From a virus (Duplodnaviria > Caudoviricetes): a stretch of DNA of 54,769 nucleotides. Positions 54,759 through 54,769 of this stretch are shown in pieces. A model generated the notes under the pieces. The model had not been told where the DNA came from. It made no database searches and saw only the letters and a program-made list of their open reading frames with translations. Numbering within the stretch: position 1 is the first letter of the stretch; each line of letters begins with the position of its first letter. The stretch covers positions 1 through 54,769 of IMG/VR virus record IMGVR_UViG_3300021131_000008; one strand, written 5' to 3'. The translations under genes were made by a program, and so were the position numbers.

Positions 54759-54769
54759 TAGGATCTACC
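54671..54769. repeat. 99-bp terminal direct repeat, copy 2
   Basis: Identical to 1-99. Confidence 0.97.

Noticed and set aside
1-54769. Stop-codon reassignment or tRNA genes
   Set aside because: Genes are full length and densely packed under the standard code, and no tRNA cloverleaf was noticed by eye.

Overview
The window appears to be a complete, circularly assembled dsDNA tailed-phage genome of about 54.67 kb: bases 1-99 are identical to 54671-54769. It has two transcriptional arms. The minus arm (13257 down to 1, wrapping to 53052) carries sigma70-driven early genes, a thymidine-hypermodification gene set, a family B DNA polymerase, an AAA ATPase, an SSB, a Cas4-like exonuclease and a RuvC-like resolvase. 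The modification set comprises a dUMP hydroxymethylase, a P-loop 5-hmdU DNA kinase, an aGPT-Pplase1 helical protein and an amino acid:DNA transferase, with an atypical SAM-dependent methyltransferase-fold protein and a DenV-like protein alongside. The plus arm (13539-53066) carries a primase-helicase, an iteron-rich putative origin, terminase, a 1468-aa modular protein, portal, GroES, scaffold, capsid, short-tail and fibre proteins, lysis genes and four large putative ejection proteins. No integrase, repressor, sheath, tail tube or convincing tape measure was recognised, so a lytic podovirus-like phage is inferred. The best candidate for new biology is a hypermodification pathway that lacks the known tailoring enzymes (PLP decarboxylase, radical SAM isomerase, flavin lyase, acetyltransferase) and instead couples the transferase to a divergent SAM-binding enzyme. 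Other candidates are a hydrophobic-x-x-GG motif shared by five late proteins and two structured leader RNAs. All family calls come from motif recognition by eye, not from database searches.
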